NCBI GenBank assembly: GCA_030679985.1
Contig: JAUXSI010000026.1
Span: forward strand, 1-53,006
Reading direction: 5' to 3'
DNA length: 53,006 bases
DNA from: Candidatus Moraniibacteriota bacterium
GTDB taxonomy: Bacteria > Patescibacteriota > Minisyncoccia > Moranbacterales > UBA2206
In this document: in pieces, positions 27,401 through 36,192 of the stretch
Position numbering within the stretch: position 1 is the first letter of the stretch
Layout: every line of letters begins with the position of its first letter
Position numbers and translations under genes: made by a program
The notes under the pieces: generated by a model
Told to the model about the DNA's origin: nothing
Database searches by the model: none
Seen by the model: the letters and a program-made list of their open reading frames with translations, nothing else

Positions 27401-29979
27401 ATGATGCCGCAATCGATCCGACCGCAAGCGATGACAGCGCGGATGGGTATGTAGTCGGGACGGTTTGGGTCAATACGGCTACGCAAAGCGCGTATATCGC
27501 GACCGGCGTGTCAATCGGAGCGGCGGTTTGGGAACAAATTGACGGGGCGGCCAGCGGCTCATCGACATTGCAAAGCTCCTATGACGCGGCTGGCGGCAAT
27601 ACGATTACGACGACCAGCGGAAAAAACATCGCTTTTACGCTGGGCGAGACGGCAACGCCGACTTCATTCACGGTTGAAAACCAAGATACGGCCGGAGTTT
27701 CGGCGGAACGGATTTCCAATTCGATCGCATCGGGCACTTTGACCAACGGCTTGCTTTTCGAACAGACCGGCGCGGGATCGGTTACCAACGCCATCAATAT
27801 TTTGGAAACAGCCGGCGCGATTTCTACCGGAATCAACATCGGCAACAATATCGGCACCGGAATTTCCATCGGCACCGGTTTGACTACCGGCATCTCGGTG
27901 GGCTCCGGCGGAATCATCATCAACGGCGGCGCCTTGGCTATCGATAACGCGGCCGGCATCACCAGCAACCAATCGGCGATGGCGATCAATGTGAACGGAG
28001 CCGCGACCGGCAACGTGCAGATCGGCGATGGCGGCGCAGCTTCAGCGACTCCGGATATGCTGGTTTTGGATGCCGGGTCCGTGGAGCCGGCCGGTACGGA
28101 TGGTGCGATGTATTATTCGACCGCTTTGGGTAAATTCAGATGTTACGAAAACAGCTCTTGGAAAGATTGCATCTCTACGGCCGCTTCTTCTTTGCCGGAC
28201 ACGGCGGTTTTCACCGATGCGACCCCGGCGGCGTGGACGGATTCCAATACTACGGAAGTTTTCAACGACGCGACCAAACCGAACATCGCGACTGATTCGG
28301 CCAGCTCCACGGTCCTGGTACACGTCCAGGTTTATGGGCAGACCTCCAACACCAACGCTGACGCGATTTTGGCGGCGCGGATCGTGCGGACGACCGACGG
28401 AAGCAATCCTTCCTGCGCTTCGGCGACCAATGTCGGCGTGCCGATGATCGGTAATTTCACGACTTCCACCTCACAACCTTGGCAGATAGTCGGAACGTTC
28501 ATCGACAGTCCGGCCACGGCCGGCACGATCAGATACACCGTATGTACCAGTTCCGATTCGGCCGGTACGGCGACGGATACTCCGAACCAGGTCATTGTGG
28601 AGTTGGCCGAACTGGGCGCCGACTTGGCAGAAAATTATTATACGCAGGATGATTCCATCGAGCCGGGCGACGTCGTGGCGATTAACGGGGATATATCGGC
28701 GGGCATCAAAAAATCGGAGAAAATTTATGACCAGAATGTGATCGGCGTGATTTCGACCAATCCGGGCATCACATTGGATGACGCGATCGGAATCGGACAG
28801 GGTCGTCCGGTAGCTGTGGCGCTGGCCGGCCGTATCCCGGTCAAGGTTTCCAGTGAAAATGGGCGGGTAAAAGCCGGAGATTACTTGACCGCTTCTTCCG
28901 TGCCGGGCGTGGCGATGAAAGCAACTAAAACCGGTTTGGTAATCGGGCAAGCCTTGCAGGATTTCGGTTATGCCGACGATACGGTCGGATTGGTGCTGAC
29001 TTTCGTGAAAAACGCCTATTTTAATGGAGCGCAAATCGTCGATAGTGAAAACGAAATATTGTCCGGAACGGATCTTTTGCAGAAACTTTTGCTGGACAAG
29101 GCGCAAATCGACACCGCGGCGCCGGTCAGTGAGATTGTGAGCGATAGGATCGTGGCCGGATTGGAAATGGTGACGCCGCAACTGGTGACGGATAGCATTA
29201 TCGCGAAAACCATCCGGGCTGAGCATATCGAAGGGCTGGAAATCATAGAAACTGGAATCCAAAACGCGCAGGAGGCCGCTACGGACAATGCCGATGAAAT
29301 GGAGAGTTTGGGGCAGAAAATTACCCGCATCCAAAAGACCATCCAGTCTTGGAATGATAAATCCGGCAACTTTATAATAAGCAGCTTGGTCGAATTCCGT
29401 GGACGAGCAACGTTCAAATCCATTGCGGAATTTATGGATAAGGTTATTTTCCGCAAGGACGTCGAATTTGCCGGGCAGGCGATGTTCAACCAAGACGCGG
29501 CCGGCTATGCGGTAATCAATGAAGGCCAAGATAAAGTTGAAGTGGTTTTTGAAAAAGAATATGCGGCAGTCCCGGTAGTGACTGCGAGCATTTCCTTGCA
29601 ACAGATCGAAGATGACGAGGTGCGCAAAGCGGCGGAAGAATTGTTATTGTTGAATAAAGCCAATTATATAATCACCGATGTCACCGAAAAAGGATTTGAA
29701 ATCCGCATAGACCAAAAGATGGTTTCGACGATTCCATTTTCTTGGCAGGCGGTGGCGGTGAAAGATGTGAAAACTTTCAGCAAAAACAGCAAAGATAAAA
29801 ATAGGAAAACCGATCAAGTCGATGTTGTGGCAGAAGAAGAGGAAGAAGCTGTGAGCGTCGAAGTCGCCGATCAGAGCCAGGCAGGAGCGGGGGATGGCGC
29901 GTCCGACAACGGGGATGCGGAGATGGAGGAAAGCGATCCGTCGATAAGCGATGGAGAGATCGCTGTGGCGATGCCATAA
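24451..29979 (+). CDS. Giant secreted tailspike/adhesin-like protein (beta-helix + peptidase G2/intramolecular-chaperone-like C-terminal domain)
   Basis: Signal peptide; INFQGK...APYAFNADKLDG; pectate-lyase-like IQAAIN..SSGGVITLLPG.H; GADLAENY...GDVV...IGVIST.PG...VALAGRIPVKV...GDYLT.S..PG.AMKA. Confidence 0.85.
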   Translation: MGPGNLKIKILLTAMLIMLGGFFVFQKSASAAAGINKTINFQGKVVNTDGTNVADANYDFVFRSYDQQAPGGTLIWTESKSLAVDDGIFQTNLGDASALPGSVDFNTDNIYLGIEFNSNGEMAPRVQFTAAPYAFNADKLDGQDWEIPGAIGSVTPNSGTFTALGVLESGIAPVFKTIFQGADQASDITYTLPAISADGLLKNDSGTLSWDTANYLVNPMSTLGDIIYGGISGAPTRLAGSAGFLTSTGAAAPVWTAATTDYFNQYALLEGRAGGQVWIGGTAANDMLTIQGNSASSGNVGTNTAMLFKVGDSGATTAFSILQDGTLNFQNSATQNIRIENADASVLAPSCDGTSLGRMYYDTSAGSAFVCIESAPGVYGWFDYTTTSVQSNKVVTVGTGGDFTSISAGAGYLNALGGGIILLTPETHNVTSSVDLSNINLIGANTGDTRINITGSGVLRVKETQFKSLTIYVDAAIASAAGIDAKYDAATTTSVIFEWVDFITNGTKVLLDSSEATSPVIRTRFISVSATSGTQKILLPQATSNIDASSTNFVESQGGSGALDLEDWDVKIAGSSNVKTSGTITTIPASTIYVYPGMNIQAAINSVSSGGVITLLPGVHNITSTLLIDRSDIQIQGYGDSSIVRAAGFVGGDQVAAFHIGSLDGAVPQDGVVLKDFRLEVSGTGASDIHGIRVAGGEDNQILNISVVKTAGASGTGAGARIGIFMLDGTAEKLARPVIKGCRVLGDSAVTAYFTDGIHVTGGAGYGVGSGVWTNGQGVDGALVDGNYVDYVRETVAVFVGTNNSSLFNNRFTRMGAGGGGAFGVFMGNASNVNMTANVVSTSLSTASSGIVIDGLDSGSLKQMTDSAFTSNTVDGSANGGVGFATGVVIGAAANTGFHRNLFTNNIINGASDLVTVAIRITGNADDNNFSNNSINGINNAWDTGINIVSNTADRNFIGKNAFINVTATVADAGIATQLNVTQHDAAIDPTASDDSADGYVVGTVWVNTATQSAYIATGVSIGAAVWEQIDGAASGSSTLQSSYDAAGGNTITTTSGKNIAFTLGETATPTSFTVENQDTAGVSAERISNSIASGTLTNGLLFEQTGAGSVTNAINILETAGAISTGINIGNNIGTGISIGTGLTTGISVGSGGIIINGGALAIDNAAGITSNQSAMAINVNGAATGNVQIGDGGAASATPDMLVLDAGSVEPAGTDGAMYYSTALGKFRCYENSSWKDCISTAASSLPDTAVFTDATPAAWTDSNTTEVFNDATKPNIATDSASSTVLVHVQVYGQTSNTNADAILAARIVRTTDGSNPSCASATNVGVPMIGNFTTSTSQPWQIVGTFIDSPATAGTIRYTVCTSSDSAGTATDTPNQVIVELAELGADLAENYYTQDDSIEPGDVVAINGDISAGIKKSEKIYDQNVIGVISTNPGITLDDAIGIGQGRPVAVALAGRIPVKVSSENGRVKAGDYLTASSVPGVAMKATKTGLVIGQALQDFGYADDTVGLVLTFVKNAYFNGAQIVDSENEILSGTDLLQKLLLDKAQIDTAAPVSEIVSDRIVAGLEMVTPQLVTDSIIAKTIRAEHIEGLEIIETGIQNAQEAATDNADEMESLGQKITRIQKTIQSWNDKSGNFIISSLVEFRGRATFKSIAEFMDKVIFRKDVEFAGQAMFNQDAAGYAVINEGQDKVEVVFEKEYAAVPVVTASISLQQIEDDEVRKAAEELLLLNKANYIITDVTEKGFEIRIDQKMVSTIPFSWQAVAVKDVKTFSKNSKDKNRKTDQVDVVAEEEEEAVSVEVADQSQAGAGDGASDNGDAEMEESDPSISDGEIAVAMP

Positions 29980-30010
29980 TCATAAGACAAACGAAAATTT
30001 AGATAGAAGA

Positions 30011-30049
30011 AAATAAAAAATCCCGATTTCCTGGCGGGATTTTTTATTT
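30011..30049 (+). terminator. Intrinsic terminator
   Basis: AAATAAAAAATCCCG / CGGGATTTTTTATTT 15-bp inverted repeat. Confidence 0.85.
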
Positions 30050-30120
30050 GGAAAAAAATTTCCATTGTGTAAAAAATAAATCTATGTTAATATGCAATCA
30101 ATATCCGCTAACTTTAGGTT

Positions 30121-31293
30121 ATGCAAAAAATAGAAAAAGAAAAATCAAAAATAGAAACGATCGACAAGTTGTTCGCGAAAAAAAAACCGGTTAAAAAATC
30201 CGTGGCGATGAAATCGGAAGATGAGAAACAAATACAAGCGCCGGAAACGGCTGGAGTAGAAAGCGGAAGAGGGAAAAACGCACAGAGGGGACCGGAAGTG
30301 GTCGCGGTGCGGAGAAGGTCTCCGGGAAAAAACAGCCGGCGCGTGGCGGATAGTAAGGAGAAGGCCGTGTCTGCGGAAACGGATTTGAAGACGGGCAAAA
30401 AAAAGTCCGTGATCGAAATCAAGGCGCCGGTTCCAGGAAGACCGGGCGGACGGACTAAGATCAAGGAATGGGAAGATGCTGATTGGGTGGATAAGGCTGA
30501 TCCAGTGGCCTATAAGAATATGAAAATAAAGCACATCAAAAGGAAAGTTATCCGAAATGTCGCCTGGGCCTGCGTCGTTCTGGCGGGCGTCGGGTCGTTG
30601 TATTTTTATAGCAGGCATATGGAAGTGGGAATCTGGCGGAAGTCTGATACGTCCCAGATAAGCGGCGCTGGAAACGATGCCGGACAAGTCCAGGACGATC
30701 TTCAGATGACCAAGGCGGCTGTCGAAAAGCTTATGGAATTGCCGGTCGGTGAGGAACCGGTGCTGGCCACCGTGACAGATGTCGACAAAATCAGGACGCA
30801 GAAATTTTTCGATAAGGCGCAAAATGGCGACCGAGTGCTGATTTACAAGGATAATCAGAAATTGATCTTGTACCGCCCGACTATCAATAAAATTATTGAA
30901 GTTTCACAGACTTCTGGATTGGAAGCTAAAGCGCCAAGCGCGGATCAAACCGCACAAGTCACTAATGATGCCGCTCCGGCAGCCGATGAGGCTGTGGCGG
31001 CGGAGTCTCCCGTGAGAGTCGCGGTGTATAACGGTTCAACGATAAAGGGGTTGGCGAAGAAAATCGGCGGAACAGTCGCGTTGTTGCCGGGAACCGCGAT
31101 CGTGCAGACAATCAACGCCGCCGAGAATTACACCAAGACTTCCGTAATCGACCTTTCCGGAAGCCATTCCGAGCTGGCCCAGAAAATCGCGGAATCGCTC
31201 GGCGGGGAAATCGGAACTTTGCCGGAAGGGGAGAAAGCTCCGGAAGCGGACATTCTGGTTATCGGCGGAAGCGAATACGGATCGGGTCAATAA
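30121..31293 (+). CDS. Membrane protein with C-terminal LytR_C domain
   Basis: Basic disordered N-terminus, one TM segment, C-terminal VAVYNGS...GLA...NA...Y..T.V...A..IA..LG...ADILVI.G. Confidence 0.85.
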   Translation: MQKIEKEKSKIETIDKLFAKKKPVKKSVAMKSEDEKQIQAPETAGVESGRGKNAQRGPEVVAVRRRSPGKNSRRVADSKEKAVSAETDLKTGKKKSVIEIKAPVPGRPGGRTKIKEWEDADWVDKADPVAYKNMKIKHIKRKVIRNVAWACVVLAGVGSLYFYSRHMEVGIWRKSDTSQISGAGNDAGQVQDDLQMTKAAVEKLMELPVGEEPVLATVTDVDKIRTQKFFDKAQNGDRVLIYKDNQKLILYRPTINKIIEVSQTSGLEAKAPSADQTAQVTNDAAPAADEAVAAESPVRVAVYNGSTIKGLAKKIGGTVALLPGTAIVQTINAAENYTKTSVIDLSGSHSELAQKIAESLGGEIGTLPEGEKAPEADILVIGGSEYGSGQ

Positions 31294-31311
31294 CAGGACA
31301 AAATATTTTGT

Positions 31312-31349
31312 AAACAAAAAAGACTGTCCAGGAACAGTCTTTTTTGTTT
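31312..31349. terminator. Bidirectional terminator
   Basis: 16-bp inverted repeat AAACAAAAAAGACTGT / ACAGTCTTTTTTGTTT. Confidence 0.9.
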
Positions 31350-31367
31350 GTTTTTTAGATCAAGCCA

Positions 31368-33275
31368 TTAGACTTCAATCACGACCGGCAAGACCATCGG
31401 CCTTCTTTGCGTTTTGGAATAGAGGAACGATCCGACAGTTTCGCGGATATTGTTTTTCACATAATCCCAATTGACAGCCGTATCCGGCGAGGTTTTCTTT
31501 TCAACGATTTCTTCGACTTTCTTCTTGGTGGCGTTCACCAAATCGAAATTTTCTTTGACGAAGATGAATCCACGAGAGGTGACTTGCGGTTTGCCGATGA
31601 TTTTTTTGGTTTTACTGTCAATGATTACCGTGATGACGAACATCCCGTCTTGCGCCAGCAATTGGCGGTCACGCAATACTACTTGGCCGATGTCGCCGAC
31701 CCCGAGGCCGTCGACCATGACGTAGCTCGTATCGACTTTGTTGGGCAGGAGTTTGGCTTTGTTATTCTGTATTTCCAAAATATTTCCATTATCCAAGACG
31801 AAAATATTGTCGCGGCGGAAGCCGGTCCGGATAGCCAATTTCTCGGCTTCTTTCAACATATAATGGTTGGCGTAGACCGGCAGGAAGAAGTCCGGCTGGA
31901 CTTGGCGCAGGATATTCTGGATATCTTGGGCGCTGCAATGTCCGCTGGTGTGCACGTCCAGGATGTCGCTGTGGATCACATTGTCGCATTTGCGATAAAG
32001 ATTATCTTTCAACCGTTGGATGGTGCGCTCGTTGCCGGGGATTATGGACGAGGAGAATATGATCGTGTCATCTTTTTGGATCTGGATATGGCGGTGTTCG
32101 CCGTTCACGATGCGTGAGAGCACGGCATTGCCTTCGCCCTGGGCGCCGGTGCAGATGATGATGATTTTATTCTTGGGATATTTGGAGATATCGGAAACGG
32201 GGATCAAAGTCGCTTTATGCATCTTGATGTAACCCAGTTCTTTGGCGATTTCAACGTTCATTTTCATACTGTAACCGTCCAGGGCCACCTTCTTGCCGAT
32301 CTGTTCGGCGTATTCCAGGATATGGCCGATCCGCCTGATCTGTGAGGAAAAGGTCCCGATTATGATTTTGCCGGGCGCTTCGTCGATCAGCTTTTCCAGA
32401 TTGGCGTACATTTCCTCTTCAGTCGTGCGGCTCGGATTGGTGACGATCGCGCCTAAGCTTTCCAGCATCATAATCCGCGGGCTGGGCAATTTGGACAATT
32501 CGGTATAATCGGTGAGCGATTTGCCGGTCGCATCCTTTTCCATCGTCCAGTCTCCGGGATGGATTACCGTGCCGTGGGGCGTCCGGATGATGACTCCGAC
32601 CGCGTCCATAATGGAATGTTCCACTTCGAAAAATTCAATCCTGAATTTGCCCAAAGTTATCTTATCGGTTACCGATCCGACCCGGATCGTTTTGAGATTT
32701 TCAGCTGAGCCTTTATCGAAATCTTCCATCTTCTTTTTGACCATCGCGATAGTCATATCTCGGCCGACGACGACCGGGTACCCGAGCTGTTTGAGCAGGA
32801 GGGGAGCGGCTCCGATATGGTCAAGGTGGCCATGGCTGAGAACCACGCCGCGCACCTGTTTCTCCTTGCCCTTCAGGTAATTGATGTTAGGTATGATATA
32901 GTCGATGCCGGGCATATCTTCTTCCGGGAACATCATACCCATATCCAAGATGACGATATCGCCGTCATATTCGAAAAGGGTCATATTGCGTCCGACTTCC
33001 TCCTGGCCGCCGAGCGGAATGATGCGTAAGTTGTCCTTGGAATGGATGTTCGGCTTGGTCTGGGCGTCGGCCGGCTTCGCTTTGATTTGCGCGTGGTTCA
33101 TCCGCGACCTGTTGCGGTTTTTTGCCGGGGCGCCCTGATTTTTGGCTGGAAGCGGTTTCACTTCGGCCTTGGCATACGTCGGACGTGCCGAGTTCCGGGC
33201 GTGGACCGGCGGTTTGTCCGGTCTGCTAGATGACCCGCCTGCCGGATGGACAGGTAAGTTTGTTTTGTTTAACAT
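31368..33275 (-). CDS. rnj: Ribonuclease J with about 80-aa disordered N-terminal extension
   Basis: IIPLGGQEEVGRNM, SHGHLDHIGA, HTSGH, VDGLGVGD, RRPMVLPVVIEV. Confidence 0.97.
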   Translation of the reverse strand: MLNKTNLPVHPAGGSSSRPDKPPVHARNSARPTYAKAEVKPLPAKNQGAPAKNRNRSRMNHAQIKAKPADAQTKPNIHSKDNLRIIPLGGQEEVGRNMTLFEYDGDIVILDMGMMFPEEDMPGIDYIIPNINYLKGKEKQVRGVVLSHGHLDHIGAAPLLLKQLGYPVVVGRDMTIAMVKKKMEDFDKGSAENLKTIRVGSVTDKITLGKFRIEFFEVEHSIMDAVGVIIRTPHGTVIHPGDWTMEKDATGKSLTDYTELSKLPSPRIMMLESLGAIVTNPSRTTEEEMYANLEKLIDEAPGKIIIGTFSSQIRRIGHILEYAEQIGKKVALDGYSMKMNVEIAKELGYIKMHKATLIPVSDISKYPKNKIIIICTGAQGEGNAVLSRIVNGEHRHIQIQKDDTIIFSSSIIPGNERTIQRLKDNLYRKCDNVIHSDILDVHTSGHCSAQDIQNILRQVQPDFFLPVYANHYMLKEAEKLAIRTGFRRDNIFVLDNGNILEIQNNKAKLLPNKVDTSYVMVDGLGVGDIGQVVLRDRQLLAQDGMFVITVIIDSKTKKIIGKPQVTSRGFIFVKENFDLVNATKKKVEEIVEKKTSPDTAVNWDYVKNNIRETVGSFLYSKTQRRPMVLPVVIEV

Positions 33276-33350
33276 AGTTTTTTTAAATCTGCCTGTAACT
33301 TATAATTACAAAATAAACAAATTTATTAGTTTTTTTAAATTAAGAACTTT

Positions 33351-33426
33351 TCGGTTTTGTCACCCATGATTTTCATAACTGGAAAAAATATAACTTGCAG
33401 TAGAAAATCCCGGGTGACAAAACCGA
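33351..33426 (-). promoter_or_regulatory. Long hairpin in the rnj 5' leader
   Basis: Perfect 15-bp TCGGTTTTGTCACCC / GGGTGACAAAACCGA, plus inner GATTTTC/GAAAATC and ACTG/CAGT stems. Confidence 0.65.
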
Positions 33427-33570
33427 TGGTCGGTTAAATCGGGGGAATGTGGCGATAATGCGAAAATAGACAAGAGGATGCCTCAATAAAAGGCAAAAGA
33501 GCCGAAACTGAGCCGATAAATCTGGAAAAAGTTAGAAGGGTAAATTAATCAAGAAGTATGCTATAGGCTG

Positions 33571-33599
33571 ATAATACATCATCCGGGGTAAAAAGTCAA
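33571..33599 (-). promoter_or_regulatory. rnj promoter
   Basis: Minus-strand TTGACT-17 bp-TATTAT; overlapped by a CCGGGGT/ACCCCGG inverted repeat. Confidence 0.6.
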
Positions 33600-33677
33600 C
33601 CCCGGCAAGCCGATTCCAGGGCGGCCCAAGATATTTCGGCTTAAATAAGGCCTAAAACCAACTGAAAACCCCCTGGT

Positions 33678-35063
33678 TTATTTTTCCAGACGGTTGTAGA
33701 TATCGTCATAGCGGACGATGTCGTCTTCTTCGAAATAATCCCCGGTCTGCACCTCGATGATTTCCAGATCGGTCGTGCCCGGGTTGGAGAGGCGATGCTT
33801 ATGAGTAGCCGGAATATAGGTGCTTTCGTTTTCTTGCAGGTCTATTTCTTGTTCGCCGTTTATTACGCGGGCTGTTCCGCGGACTACGACCCAGTGTTCG
33901 GAGCGGCGCTTGTGCGATTGCAATGAAAGCGAAGCGCCCGGATAGACGATCAGTTTTTTGACTTTGTGGTTGGCGTCGTCTACCAAGATCCGGTATTTAC
34001 CCCAGGGGCGGTAACCCATTATTTTATGGTCGACCTCTTTGTAGGAGTTCGCTTTCAGATAGTCCACGACTTTTTTCACGTTGTCGCTCTGGCCTTTTTT
34101 CTGGACCAGGATGCAATCGTCATTTTCGATGATGATCAGATCCTCTACGTCCGAGGCGGCAACCAGCCGGTCGGTGGCGGAATGGATGAAAATGTTCTTT
34201 GAATCGATCAGGACGTGGTTTTTCTGGACGGTGTCCTGTTGCTGCATGATATCCGAAAGGGCGTCGAACGACCCGATGTCGCTCCAGCCGAAATCACCTT
34301 CAAAAACCACCACCTTGTCGGATTTTTCGGAGATGGCGAAATCGATGGAGATGGACGGAAGGCCGCTGAAGCCTTGTTCGAATTCAGCGTAGCTTTTGGC
34401 ATAAGCGGCATATATTTCCGGGGCATATTTTTGCAATTCTTCCGAGAAAGTTTTTTCATTGAATATGTACATCCCGCTGTTCCAGACATATTCCCCGGTA
34501 GCGATGTAGCGCTCGGCCGTTTCCCGGTCAGGTTTTTCCTTGAATTGCGAGACCGCATAGTAGGAGTCGGTTTTGGCGCCTTTCTGGATGTAGCCGAAGC
34601 CGGTTTCCGGCGTCAACGGAGTGATGCCGATAGTGCCGATATTGCCGGAAACTTTTTCCATAGCCGATCGCACGAGTTGGACAAAGGCGTCCGTCTTGCT
34701 GATGCTGTGGTCCGAGGGCAAGAATATTACCGGGGCGTCAGCGGCGACGCCTTTTTTTTCTACGAGATATTTCAAAGCCAATGCGATAGCCGGGGCGGTG
34801 TTCAGGGAGGCCGGTTCGATTATGATATGGTCGCTCTCCAGTCCGGGATGGATTTCTTTAATTTGGTCCAAGACGTTGAAGCGGTTGGCCTGGTTGGTTA
34901 TGAAAAATATGTTTTCGGCCGGCATTATTTTTTGCATGCGCAAAAAAGTTTCTTGGATCAGGGATTTGTCGGAATATAAATTCAGGAATTGCTTAGGGAA
35001 GCTTTTGCGGGAAAGGGGCCAGAGCCGGGTGCCTGAGCCGCCGCAAAGGATTACACTGTACAT
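33678..35063 (-). CDS. manC: Mannose-1-phosphate guanylyltransferase/mannose-6-phosphate isomerase
   Basis: VILCGGSGTRLWPLSR..FPKQF, NTAPA, WSDIGS; cupin RPWG...SLQSH..RSEHWVVV, EVQTGDY.EEDDI.R. Confidence 0.97.
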   Translation of the reverse strand: MYSVILCGGSGTRLWPLSRKSFPKQFLNLYSDKSLIQETFLRMQKIMPAENIFFITNQANRFNVLDQIKEIHPGLESDHIIIEPASLNTAPAIALALKYLVEKKGVAADAPVIFLPSDHSISKTDAFVQLVRSAMEKVSGNIGTIGITPLTPETGFGYIQKGAKTDSYYAVSQFKEKPDRETAERYIATGEYVWNSGMYIFNEKTFSEELQKYAPEIYAAYAKSYAEFEQGFSGLPSISIDFAISEKSDKVVVFEGDFGWSDIGSFDALSDIMQQQDTVQKNHVLIDSKNIFIHSATDRLVAASDVEDLIIIENDDCILVQKKGQSDNVKKVVDYLKANSYKEVDHKIMGYRPWGKYRILVDDANHKVKKLIVYPGASLSLQSHKRRSEHWVVVRGTARVINGEQEIDLQENESTYIPATHKHRLSNPGTTDLEIIEVQTGDYFEEDDIVRYDDIYNRLEK

Positions 35064-35098
35064 AGTCGTGTTTTTTTAATGATAAGACTTACTCTAGT

Positions 35099-35163
35099 AT
35101 TTTATGGGAAACGGGCGGCAGGGTCAAATGGTTTTTTGCCGGCTTTGCGAAATATGCTAGAAT
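35099..35163. promoter_or_regulatory. Back-to-back promoters for manC (-) and the SIS gene (+)
   Basis: Minus TTGACC-17-TAAAAT (35127-35099); plus TGcTAGAAT extended -10 (35155-35163). Confidence 0.6.
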
Positions 35164-35190
35164 GGAGCCATAATCATTATTTGAAACCAA

Positions 35191-36105
35191 ATGGAAATCA
35201 TCGATCTGGACGAGAATGTCATACAGGCATTGGATTTTTTCGCGGAAAACAAAGTGCCTAGGTTTGATCTGAAAAAATTCAATCTGCCATTCGTCGTCGG
35301 CAGTGGAAACGCGTACAATGCCGGCACGATAATTTTTTCTGATAAGGCGGCTATTTTTGCCGATGAGAGTAATTTCAAAAGCATCATCAAGTCTTACGGC
35401 GCGGTCATCAAGCAGGGGTTGATCACCCAGGCGATCATCATCTCCGCCTCCGGGGAAAAAGATTCGGTTTGGGAAGTGGCCTTGGCGAAAAAATATAAGT
35501 TGAAGACCACTTTGCTGACTTGCAATGCCGATTCGTCCGCGGCTAAAATCGCCGATGAAGTGCTGGTTTACCGCAAAATCGCCGAACCGTACACTTATAA
35601 CGTTTCAACCTATCTGGGGATGATATTGTCCGCGACCAAGGAGGATCCTAAGGAGATCAAGCGGATCATCAAGGGTTTGCGGATACCTAAGGATTTTTCC
35701 AATCACAAGGGATTTTCTTTCATCCTGCCTGACAGGTTTTTGAATATCTGTCCGATGCTGGATATTAAAAAAAGCGAATTGTTCGGTCCGCATCTGTCGC
35801 TGCGCGCTTTTTCCGAAGGACATGCGCGGCACGCTAAATTCGTCATTCCGTCCGAGGAAGAATTGGTTATCAGCGTCAATAGCGATAATAAATACTTCGG
35901 GAAGTCGAAACATCGCTGGGCTGTCAAATTGCCCGGGGATGCCGGCTTCGGAGCGGTGCTATGCGTAACTTATTATCTGGTAGGCAAGATCCAAGCCAGC
36001 CAGCCGCCATATTTCAAAGAAAATATCGCCGATTATTGCAATAGCTACGGGCCGAAGGCTTATGGCAAAGACAAGCCGTTTGATGTGATCGTGCCGGGAA
36101 ATTGA
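35191..36105 (+). CDS. SIS-domain sugar-phosphate isomerase-like protein
   Basis: VVGSGNAY, IIISASGE, LLTCN..S......D SIS signatures; divergent from manC. Confidence 0.75.
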   Translation: MEIIDLDENVIQALDFFAENKVPRFDLKKFNLPFVVGSGNAYNAGTIIFSDKAAIFADESNFKSIIKSYGAVIKQGLITQAIIISASGEKDSVWEVALAKKYKLKTTLLTCNADSSAAKIADEVLVYRKIAEPYTYNVSTYLGMILSATKEDPKEIKRIIKGLRIPKDFSNHKGFSFILPDRFLNICPMLDIKKSELFGPHLSLRAFSEGHARHAKFVIPSEEELVISVNSDNKYFGKSKHRWAVKLPGDAGFGAVLCVTYYLVGKIQASQPPYFKENIADYCNSYGPKAYGKDKPFDVIVPGN

Positions 36106-36134
36106 GATTGCCGGGACGACCGGGACAAAGATAG

Positions 36135-36169
36135 AAAAAAACAATCCCGCCAAACGGGATTGTTTTTTT
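36135..36169. terminator. Bidirectional terminator
   Basis: AAAAAAACAATCCCG-CCAAA-CGGGATTGTTTTTTT. Confidence 0.9.
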
Positions 36170-36192
36170 GTCCTAAGGATTGTTTGGGCGGA

